Shown: piece by piece, positions 1 through 7,956 of the stretch | Position numbering within the stretch: position 1 is the first letter of the stretch | How the letters are laid out: each line of letters starts with the position of its first letter | Source: an uncultured bacterium | GTDB lineage: Bacteria; Zhuqueibacterota; QNDG01; DSAB01 | Reading direction: 5' to 3' | DNA length: 64,000 nt | Assembly: GCA_964537715.1 (NCBI GenBank) | Contig: CAZIAH010000003.1 | Location: 15,331 to 79,330 of the forward strand | The notes under the pieces: model-generated | The model's input: the letters and a program-made list of their open reading frames with translations, nothing else | What the model was told of the DNA's origin: nothing | Database searches by the model: none | Position numbers and translations under genes: made by a program

Positions 1-18
1 ACAATTATCCTGCTGATT

Positions 19-519
19 GTGTTGAACCTCTCAACTTTGGCCATCATATGGACGGGTCATAAAAGACAAAGTGGACCACCACCTCAAAAAAATATTCCGC
101 CTTCGAAACGTACTTTGGAATTATTGCAGCAGGAGCTCGGTTTTTCAGATGAGCAGATTCAGAAATACGACCAACTGAGACGAGAGCATGCTCAGCAAAC
201 ACAGCATCTGATCCATGATCTCCGCAGGTTAAAAATGCAGATGATGAATGAGATTCTGACGGATCATCCGGACTCAATAACAGTGGCAGAAACAGCTGCC
301 CTAATCGGCAATAAGCAAGCCGAAATTGAAAAATTGACCTTTGAACATTTTTTAGATTTAAAAAAATTATGCGGTGAAAATCAGGTAAAAAAATTACAGG
401 TATTGGTAGATGCGTTTTTTCAGAAAAATCCACCGCCAGAACAGGAAATGCAAGCCAGACAGTTCAGACCGGGTAAACCGATGAGACCACCGCCGGGGCT
501 TCCTGAAAACCCGAATTGA
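19..519 (+). CDS. Spy/CpxP (LTXXQ)-family periplasmic protein, probably 5'-partial. The reading frame is open back to base 1 and encodes a hydrophobic signal/TM-like stretch (TIILLIVLNLSTLAIIW).
   Basis: Helical, charged sequence with repeated L-x-x-E/Q motifs (LELLQQELGFSDEQIQKY, LTFEHFLDLKKL) and a Pro-rich tail. The called start is GTG at 19, but the frame has no upstream stop within the window. A paralog follows at 710. Confidence 0.45.
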   Translation: MLNLSTLAIIWTGHKRQSGPPPQKNIPPSKRTLELLQQELGFSDEQIQKYDQLRREHAQQTQHLIHDLRRLKMQMMNEILTDHPDSITVAETAALIGNKQAEIEKLTFEHFLDLKKLCGENQVKKLQVLVDAFFQKNPPPEQEMQARQFRPGKPMRPPPGLPENPN

Positions 520-543
520 AGATAGTGATTTTTCCATGAATCA

Positions 544-583
544 AAAACCCTTTTCCGAACCATCGCGAAAGGGTTTTTTATTT
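544..583 (+). terminator. Rho-independent terminator after the first Spy/CpxP-like gene
   Basis: aaaaccctttt ... aaagggtttt stem of about 10 bp with a 14-nt loop, followed by tttttatttct. Confidence 0.5.
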
Positions 584-659
584 CTGCATCTGGCAATATC
601 CACTGAATCCTCACTTTTAAAAAATCAAAATCTCACCGCAAGATTTTTTCATGAACAAC

Positions 660-676
660 GTCTCAATGATTGAGAC
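660..676. promoter_or_regulatory. Perfect 17-bp palindrome GTCTCAAT-G-ATTGAGAC about 35 bp upstream of the second Spy/CpxP-like gene; candidate operator
   Basis: Read directly from the sequence: gtctcaat g attgagac. It lies between a terminator and the RBS (aaggagacgatcATG). Confidence 0.35.
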
Positions 677-709
677 CGAAATAAAACGGCTTTAAAAAAG
701 GAGACGATC

Positions 710-1177
710 ATGAAAAAGCAATCCCAAATTTTAGCTGCCTTCATTGTCATTGTATTTTGTGTTTTTGGAAGTTCGGGGAAACTGTATTCTCAACCACCAC
801 AAGGCCGCAGACCACCCATGCTCCCGGATTCCATCCATATTGTACAAAGGGTGAACGAATTGGCAAACACCCTGTCTCTTTCTGATCAGCAAAAGGCAGG
901 CATCCTGAAACTGCATTTTGAACATTTTGGCCAAATCAAGCAAATGATGCTGAAAGAAAAGGAACATCAGGAAAAAATGCGAAGCGCTCACGATCAACTC
1001 AAAGAACAATTTGAAGCCTCTATCTTACGTTTATTAACCGATGAACAAAAGACAAAATTTGAAGAATTCTCCAAAACACATCGACCACACCATCCTGAGG
1101 GAAATCACAACCCTGATCATATGGAACCTGGCTTAAGAACGCCGAAGAAAGGAGCACCCAATGAAAATCAGGAATAG
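710..1177 (+). CDS. Spy/CpxP/ZraP-like periplasmic protein (LTXXQ motif family) with signal peptide and Pro/His-rich tail
   Basis: N-terminal signal peptide (MKKQSQILAAFIVIVFCVFG), motifs LSLSDQQKAGILKLHFEHF and LLTDEQKTKFEEF typical of Spy/CpxP helices, and an RBS aaaaggagacgatcATG. Confidence 0.45.
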   Translation: MKKQSQILAAFIVIVFCVFGSSGKLYSQPPQGRRPPMLPDSIHIVQRVNELANTLSLSDQQKAGILKLHFEHFGQIKQMMLKEKEHQEKMRSAHDQLKEQFEASILRLLTDEQKTKFEEFSKTHRPHHPEGNHNPDHMEPGLRTPKKGAPNENQE

Positions 1178-4100
1178 TTTATCCGTCATTATCGCTGTAT
1201 TGTTGTACACCACGATTATTTTGGAAAAACCTGTTCAGGCCCAGGGTGTTGTTCCGCATATCATTGAGAGCATTTCACCGGCCAGTGCCGACGCAGGCAC
1301 ACCCAACCTCACAGTGACCATCACACTGCTAAATCTGGGCACCCCTCCAGTACCCCCATCGGAGGTGACGCCTTCAGGTCTCCGCATCGGAACTCTGGAA
1401 GCCCGATCCATCAGCCGCAGTAATTTGTTGATTACGGCAATCATTGACATCCCTGAAACTGAATCAGGCGGTACAAAAGATGTGGTACTCACATTTCCCG
1501 GACCCAATAATCAAGAGATTGTTTTTACCTTGTCCGGCGGGTTCACAGTGACAGGCAATGACACATCCGACAATCCGGTGATTGTTACTGCGGATACCGG
1601 TGATTATGTCATCGTGGATACGGGTCAGGAAACGTGTTATAATGCCACACAGGCGATCAGCACACCTCGGGTCGGAGAGGACTTTTACGGACAGGATGCA
1701 CAATTCGAAGGGAATCAGCCCAGTTATACCGTCAGCGAGGACGGCCTGACTGTTTATGACAATGTTACCGGTCTCACCTGGACCAGAGGTGCAGACTGGA
1801 ATGGCGATGAAACGGTGGACGTGAACGACAAGTTCACTTATACTGAGGCACTGAATTACGTTTCCGTAATCAACGCTCAGAACTACGGTGATTATAATGA
1901 CTGGCGCCTGCCCAGCATTAAAGAGCTCTATTCCCTGATCGACTACCGTGGCACGGATCCGAGTCCCACCGGGACAAGTGCCTCGGGGTTGGTCCCATTC
2001 ATCAATGACGAGGTCTTCGAGTTCGCGTATGGTGATATATCCGGAGGTGAACGGATCATCGATTCCCAATGGGCTACTACGACGCTCTATGTCAGTACGG
2101 TGATGAATGGCCAGCAGGCCATGTTCGGTGTGAACTTTGCCGACGGGCGAATCAAGGGCTACCCTGCTGACACCAATCCGGGGGGATTTGAGAAGACATT
2201 CTATGTTCGTTTCTGCCGCGGAAATACGGAATATGGGAAAAACAGCTTTACCGATAACGGCGACGGAACCGTAACGGACAGCGCCACCGGATTGATGTGG
2301 TCCCAGTCAGACAACGGCGCTGGCGTGAACTGGGAGGATGCCCTATCCTGGGTCCAGCAGATGAACGATGTAAATTACCTTGGATATAATGACTGGCGTC
2401 TGCCCAACGCCAAGGAACTTCAGAGCCTGGTGGACTATACACGCTCACCCGATACGCACGGCACGGCGGCCATCGATCCACTCTTCAATGCCACGCAGAT
2501 CACGAACGAGGCCGGCCAGCCGGACTACCCATTCTATTGGTCCAGCACGACTTTCCTTCGCTTCGACGGCAGTGCTGACCGAGCCGTCTACGTGGCTTTC
2601 GGAAGGGGCTTGGGTTCGATGGACGGTACGACTGTGATCGACGTACACGGAGCCGGATGCCAGCGAAGCGATTCCAAAGACGGCAACCCGGACGATTATC
2701 CCAATTGGGGCTTCGGCCCCCAGGGCGACGTGCAGCGTGTTTACAATTATGTTCGCCTGGTCCGTACAGTGGAGATATCTGAAACAAGTGAGGACGATTC
2801 CACGGATGACGGCAACGTAACGCTCTTTGCACCTATGGGCAATACGAATACTTATCTCATTGATGCAGACGACGATATCGTACACTCCTGGGAAAGCGAC
2901 TATACTCCTGCCCTGTCGGCCTACCTGTTGGATGACCGATCCCTGCTGCGAACGGCTTCTCCGGGGCGGAATGCGAACAGTGTCTTCGGAAGTGAGGGCG
3001 GTGCCGGAGGCATCGTGGAACAATACGACTGGGAAGGAAACAAAACCTGGGAATTCGAATACAACAGCAGCGACTACCTGCTTCATCACGATATCGAAGC
3101 CCTGCCCAGCGGCAACATTCTGATGATCGCCTGGGAATACAAAAGCGAAACCGAAGCCATCGAAGCGGGCCGGAATCCTTCCCTGCTTTCCGACGGCGAA
3201 CTGTGGCCGGACAAGATTATCGAGGTTGAGCCCGATGGATCATCCGGCGGTACGATCGTGTGGGAATGGCACGTCTGGGATCATTTGATTCAGGACTACG
3301 ACGCTTCCAAAGCCAATTACGGTACCGTCTCCGATCATCCGGAAAAGATCGACATCAACTTTGTGCTGCATCAGCCCAACGCCGACTGGACGCACATCAA
3401 TGGTGTGGATTACAACGCTGATCTGGACCAAATTCTGCTCACGGCACACAACTTCAGCGAGATCTGGATCATTGATCACAATACCACAACCACTGAGGCC
3501 GCGGGTGCGGCAGGCGATCTGCTCTACCGCTGGGGCAATCCTCAGACCTATGGCAGGGGCAACAGTAATGATCAACAACTCTTTGTTCCCCACGACGGTC
3601 AATGGATCGATGCCGGATGTCCCGGTGAGGATGACATTCTTATCTTCAACAACGGACAAAACCGCCAAGACGGAAACTACTCCACTGTGGATGAGATCAC
3701 ACCGCCGTGGAACGGCAGTCGCTACACAATAAACAACGGCTCCGCGTACGAACCGTTCGCGCCCGACTGGACGTACAAAGGCGATCCGGCCTCTTCCTTT
3801 TATGCGGATCACATTTCCGGTGCCCAGCGTCTTCCCGACGGCAGCACCTTGATCTGCGATGGCCCGGCCGGTAAATTCTTTGAAGTCACATCCTCTGGCG
3901 AAACCGTTTGGGAATATACCAACCCGTTCTCTTTCACCACGCCGCAGGGAGAAAGCAACGAAGTGTTTCGTGCAACCTGTTACAACCTAAATGATTTGAA
4001 CACCGGCGTGGAAGATGATATGTATCATGAAAGCGGCTCGACGGGACTTCCTGAAGCATTCACGCTCAATCAGAATTATCCCAATCCCTTTAACCCAACC

Positions 4101-4331
4101 ACTTCCATTACCTATTCACTGACCAAGTCAGCCAATATTGAGCTGGCCGTGTTCAATCTCCAGGGTCAGCGGATTAAGACCCTGATGAGCGGAATGCAGG
4201 CTGCCGGGGATTACGAAGTCACCTGGGACGGAACCAACGAGAATGGAATGAAAGTCGCTTCCGGCATCTATATTTATCAATTGATTACTGGCAATCAGCG
4301 GACGGTAAAAAAAATGACCCTGATGAAATAA
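1161..4331 (+). CDS. Secreted multidomain T9SS cargo: signal peptide, two DUF1566 (Lcl C-terminal) domains, an arylsulfotransferase (ASST)-like beta-propeller, and a Por/T9SS C-terminal sorting domain
   Basis: Two copies of the DUF1566 signature (YGDYNDWRLPSIKELYSLIDY; YLGYNDWRLPNAKELQSLVDY). ASST-like motifs (LLHHDIEALPSGNILMIAWE, WEWHVWDHL, DWTHINGVDYNADLDQILLTAHNFSEIWIIDH). C-terminus LNQNYPNPFNPTTSITYSL...IYIYQL...KKMTLMK matches the T9SS CTD. Confidence 0.65.
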   Translation: MKIRNSLSVIIAVLLYTTIILEKPVQAQGVVPHIIESISPASADAGTPNLTVTITLLNLGTPPVPPSEVTPSGLRIGTLEARSISRSNLLITAIIDIPETESGGTKDVVLTFPGPNNQEIVFTLSGGFTVTGNDTSDNPVIVTADTGDYVIVDTGQETCYNATQAISTPRVGEDFYGQDAQFEGNQPSYTVSEDGLTVYDNVTGLTWTRGADWNGDETVDVNDKFTYTEALNYVSVINAQNYGDYNDWRLPSIKELYSLIDYRGTDPSPTGTSASGLVPFINDEVFEFAYGDISGGERIIDSQWATTTLYVSTVMNGQQAMFGVNFADGRIKGYPADTNPGGFEKTFYVRFCRGNTEYGKNSFTDNGDGTVTDSATGLMWSQSDNGAGVNWEDALSWVQQMNDVNYLGYNDWRLPNAKELQSLVDYTRSPDTHGTAAIDPLFNATQITNEAGQPDYPFYWSSTTFLRFDGSADRAVYVAFGRGLGSMDGTTVIDVHGAGCQRSDSKDGNPDDYPNWGFGPQGDVQRVYNYVRLVRTVEISETSEDDSTDDGNVTLFAPMGNTNTYLIDADDDIVHSWESDYTPALSAYLLDDRSLLRTASPGRNANSVFGSEGGAGGIVEQYDWEGNKTWEFEYNSSDYLLHHDIEALPSGNILMIAWEYKSETEAIEAGRNPSLLSDGELWPDKIIEVEPDGSSGGTIVWEWHVWDHLIQDYDASKANYGTVSDHPEKIDINFVLHQPNADWTHINGVDYNADLDQILLTAHNFSEIWIIDHNTTTTEAAGAAGDLLYRWGNPQTYGRGNSNDQQLFVPHDGQWIDAGCPGEDDILIFNNGQNRQDGNYSTVDEITPPWNGSRYTINNGSAYEPFAPDWTYKGDPASSFYADHISGAQRLPDGSTLICDGPAGKFFEVTSSGETVWEYTNPFSFTTPQGESNEVFRATCYNLNDLNTGVEDDMYHESGSTGLPEAFTLNQNYPNPFNPTTSITYSLTKSANIELAVFNLQGQRIKTLMSGMQAAGDYEVTWDGTNENGMKVASGIYIYQLITGNQRTVKKMTLMK

Positions 4332-4684
4332 GGAAACTCTTCCGGGAATTTTCCATCGGAATGATCAGTCGTACAATTTATGATGCCATTCCTGAAAATA
4401 ATGTGGATTTTCACAAACTGTCTTGTTATATTGATTTGTGCAGTCTGAAAAGTAATAAAAGACTGCCTTTGCGGGATATCCTGATTATTCATTCAATTTT
4501 CCAAGAGTATATCGGGATGTCAAAGCAATCTATGTGAAACTCATGAGGTTGCTTTTCCGTCAAGACGGAACCGCAACGGCAGGGTTCATTCTCAATTTTT
4601 TAGACTGCGATCACTTGCCATATACTGCTATATACAAAAACCAATGTATTTTAAAGCTTCTAAATAATCATAAGGATATAACGA

Positions 4685-6184
4685 ATGGCAATCAATACCT
4701 CTTCCGAAAGAAAACTGTTTTGGTATGCATTCATTTCCTTTACGATCTGGTCGGGAATCATATTTTTTTCAAACCACTATTTGCCCATGGTCGATTTGCC
4801 TCAACACGCCAGTCAGATTTCTATTTGGATGAATATGAATAATTCTGACTATCCCTTTTCAAATCTATTTGAATACAATTGGTTTACCCCTTACCTCGTC
4901 GGATACAGTATCATTCGCGTTCTGACTTTTTTAATGCCTGTCCATATGGCTATTAAAATTGTTATTTTTATAGCATCAATCGCTTTTGTGTACGCATGCT
5001 GTTTGCTGCTTGACATTCATTCAAAAATACAATGGGCGGCGCTGCTGGCTTTTCCGTTAATTTTTAATTTTAACTTCTACTGGGGTTTCGTAAACTACAT
5101 TGTCGCCATTCCAATTGGCTTATTTTTTATTGTCATTGCCAAAAATTTTATCCGTGATTTAACACCAAGAAAGGGATTCATATTATTTCTTCTATCCATC
5201 CTTTTGTTTTTTGCACATGTCTTAATTTATCTATACTGCATGTTCCTTATATTTTTAATGCACCTTATTTATTTTCGTGGATGGAAACAGACAGGCAGAT
5301 TGATACTTACTTTCCTCCCTTCATTCATCATCACAATTCTGTGGTATTTGTATCAAATAAAGTATACTCCACAAGTCACTTTACACCCACAATTCCTATA
5401 CGGCTTATTCAGACTAATTAAATATCCTTCTATTTTGCTTGGCAGCATGCACAAGCAACTCATCCAACAAATAGTGATTACAATATTATTGTTTATAACA
5501 CCACTAATCGCATTTAAAAAAATTCAAGGACGATTGTCTGCATTATTTATAGCAACATTATTCTTTTATTTCTTTTTACCCCATCAAGCCTTTGGGACCT
5601 ATTTCCTTTATCAAAGATTTGCCATATTTATTTTTCCGTTCTATCTTTTATCCATCCAATCGGAGTACAAGAACAGTCGCCATAAGTTACTGCAAATCAT
5701 ATGCATCCTCCTCATCAATGTCTATTGGCTGCATCAAACGGATAAACAATTCACTTTATTTAATTATGAGGCAGGTTATTATACGCAGATTGAAAAGGAA
5801 ATCCCATCACACAAAAGGGTGTTATCCATGATATATCTCAGTGATTCTATTTTTTTAGATCATGGCCCCTACTTTCTTCACTTCCCAACATGGTATGCAT
5901 CCAACAGATCGGGGGTTGTGGACTTCTCCTTTGCCTATTTCTTTCCTGAACTGATCCATTATAAAAAAGGACTTTACCCAAAAGCCGATCCATATTTTGT
6001 ATGGCATCCCAATATCTTCAAATGGGAGGATCATAGTTTCTATGATTATTATGTTTTAAAATTACCTTATGGTCATGAAGCGATGACAGAATTCCCATAC
6101 CCGAATGACAACAAACTTGTATTGGTAAAAAACATAGAAAATGCATGGTATCTATTTAAGAGGATTGAAAATGAAGAAGAATAA
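4685..6184 (+). CDS. Polytopic membrane protein (about 11-12 TM helices) with a roughly 130-aa C-terminal soluble domain; candidate GT-C-fold polyprenyl-phosphate-dependent glycosyltransferase
   Basis: Highly hydrophobic F/I/L-rich ORF in a low-GC island. The architecture (TM bundle plus a C-terminal periplasmic-like domain) and the adjacent GtrB-like GT2 gene suggest a GT-C partner. No family-specific motif was recognised. Confidence 0.45.
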   Translation: MAINTSSERKLFWYAFISFTIWSGIIFFSNHYLPMVDLPQHASQISIWMNMNNSDYPFSNLFEYNWFTPYLVGYSIIRVLTFLMPVHMAIKIVIFIASIAFVYACCLLLDIHSKIQWAALLAFPLIFNFNFYWGFVNYIVAIPIGLFFIVIAKNFIRDLTPRKGFILFLLSILLFFAHVLIYLYCMFLIFLMHLIYFRGWKQTGRLILTFLPSFIITILWYLYQIKYTPQVTLHPQFLYGLFRLIKYPSILLGSMHKQLIQQIVITILLFITPLIAFKKIQGRLSALFIATLFFYFFLPHQAFGTYFLYQRFAIFIFPFYLLSIQSEYKNSRHKLLQIICILLINVYWLHQTDKQFTLFNYEAGYYTQIEKEIPSHKRVLSMIYLSDSIFLDHGPYFLHFPTWYASNRSGVVDFSFAYFFPELIHYKKGLYPKADPYFVWHPNIFKWEDHSFYDYYVLKLPYGHEAMTEFPYPNDNKLVLVKNIENAWYLFKRIENEEE

Positions 6185-7118
6185 ATGTGTTTCAATAATC
6201 ATCCCGGTTTATAATGAAGAAGACTTAATCCGGGAAACACACGACCGGATCAAATCGACTCTCGAAAAAATAAAAACGGTCAATTATGAACTCATCTTTG
6301 TTAACGATGGAAGTACGGATCACTCATTACAAATATTAAAACAATTGTATGATCATGACAGTAAGATGGTTCTTATCAATTTTTCAAAGAATTTTGGTCA
6401 TCAAAACGCATTAACAGCAGGGCTGGATTATGCCGATGGTGATGCGATTGTGTTTATCGATGCGGATCTGCAAGATCCTCCCGAAGTCATTCAAGAAATG
6501 ATTGAAAAATGGCAATCAGGGTATGATGTTGTTTATGGCGTTCGTATACACAGAAAGGGCGAAAACATATTTAAAAAAACAACTGCGTCCTTTTTTTATA
6601 GAATGTTAAACTTTTTGTCAGATACAAAAATTCCGGTGGATACCGGCGATTTCCGATTAATGAGCCGTAAGGTTGTTGAAGCTGTAAAAAAACTCGAAGA
6701 AAGAGACCGTTATCTTCGTGGCATGGTCGCATGGGTCGGTTTTCCTCAAGCATCAGTGTATTATGAAAGAAATCAGCGCATTTCGGGAAAAACAAAATAT
6801 TCCTTCAAAAAAATGTCTTCGCTTGCATTGAATGCGATTATCTCTTTTTCAACAAAACCTTTAAAAATCGCGGTCTTTATCGGTATACTCATGTCCTCAT
6901 TTAGTTTTATCTATCTTATTTATATTTTATATATCAGATTTGTCCTAAAAACAGCCATTTTAGGTTGGGCATCAATTGCCTTGTTAGTGACTTTGTTCTC
7001 AGGCATTAACCTTATTTTTTTAGGAATCATTGGCAATTACATTGGTAGTATTGTTCATGAAGTTAAAAAACGTCCAATTTATTTAATCGAAAGCATTTTA
7101 CCGAAGAGTACAAAATGA
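6171..7118 (+). CDS. GT2 polyprenyl-phosphate sugar synthase (GtrB/ArnC/DPM1-like) with two C-terminal TM helices
   Basis: VSIIIPVYNEE...FVNDGSTD...DADLQDPP motifs of GT-A/GT2, a C-terminal membrane anchor, and an ATG at 6171 preceded by agga (the ORF track began at the upstream ATG 6141). It overlaps the upstream gene by 14 bp. Confidence 0.85.
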   Translation: MKKNKCVSIIIPVYNEEDLIRETHDRIKSTLEKIKTVNYELIFVNDGSTDHSLQILKQLYDHDSKMVLINFSKNFGHQNALTAGLDYADGDAIVFIDADLQDPPEVIQEMIEKWQSGYDVVYGVRIHRKGENIFKKTTASFFYRMLNFLSDTKIPVDTGDFRLMSRKVVEAVKKLEERDRYLRGMVAWVGFPQASVYYERNQRISGKTKYSFKKMSSLALNAIISFSTKPLKIAVFIGILMSSFSFIYLIYILYIRFVLKTAILGWASIALLVTLFSGINLIFLGIIGNYIGSIVHEVKKRPIYLIESILPKSTK

Positions 7119-7930
7119 CAATGAATGATTCAGAACAAAGGGAACGTCTCACTATAGAAAAATCATTTCATGACTCATTGACGGACATCATTGAGTCAGA
7201 ACAATTATGTATCTATGAGAATTTTGAATCGATCATTGCTCAGGAAAACGCATCCATTTTAAAATGGTTTAATAACCTAAAAAACAAAAAAATTCTTGAT
7301 TTGGGCTGCGGTTTGGGAGAAGCCTCGCTTTTTTTTAACAGTTTAGATGCTGAAGTGTATTCACAGGATATCTCTTTGCAACAATTAATAAAATTAAAAA
7401 AGAATGCGATCGATTACAACGCTCCTATCTCCTTAAATCTCTCCGATGCCAGTGCTTTACCGTTTAAAAATAGTACATTTGATTTTGTATACGGGAATGG
7501 TGTTTTACATCATATTGATATTCCTACTGCAACCAATGAAATCAAACGGATACTCAAACCAAACGGGAAGGCTGCGTTCATCGATCCTTTACCCTACAAT
7601 CCAGCAATCAAGATATATCGGAATATGGCTCGAAAATTTAGAAGTTCAACAGAAAAACCCCTTTCCAAAGCACAGATCAAATGGATTTGTAAACAGTTTT
7701 CAAATAGTCAACATGAAGTTTTCTGGTTAACCTCATTGATTGTCTTTTTTTATATGTATTTTATCGAAAAAGTTCACCCCTCCGAAGATCGTTACTGGAA
7801 ACGATTGTATAGAAACGAAAAAAAATATTCAACATTTTTAAAACCTTTCATCTGCATTGATAAATATTTAAAGAAAATTCCCGGCCTATCATGGTTGGCT
7901 TGGAATGTTGTCATCCTGGTTAAAAAATAA
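7115..7930 (+). CDS. Class I SAM-dependent methyltransferase
   Basis: Motif I ILDLGCGLGEAS, motif post-I, Methyltransf_11/25-like. 4-bp overlap with the GT2 gene. Confidence 0.75.
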   Translation: MTMNDSEQRERLTIEKSFHDSLTDIIESEQLCIYENFESIIAQENASILKWFNNLKNKKILDLGCGLGEASLFFNSLDAEVYSQDISLQQLIKLKKNAIDYNAPISLNLSDASALPFKNSTFDFVYGNGVLHHIDIPTATNEIKRILKPNGKAAFIDPLPYNPAIKIYRNMARKFRSSTEKPLSKAQIKWICKQFSNSQHEVFWLTSLIVFFYMYFIEKVHPSEDRYWKRLYRNEKKYSTFLKPFICIDKYLKKIPGLSWLAWNVVILVKK

Positions 7931-7956
7931 TTTTGACAAATTTCTTTGGATTCGGA

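Noticed and set aside
1464-3812. Several 190-214-aa antisense ORFs inside the 1056-aa cargo gene (1464..2069, 2445..3089, 3240..3812)
   Set aside because: They are shadow ORFs opposite a long, domain-rich coding frame with no independent motifs.
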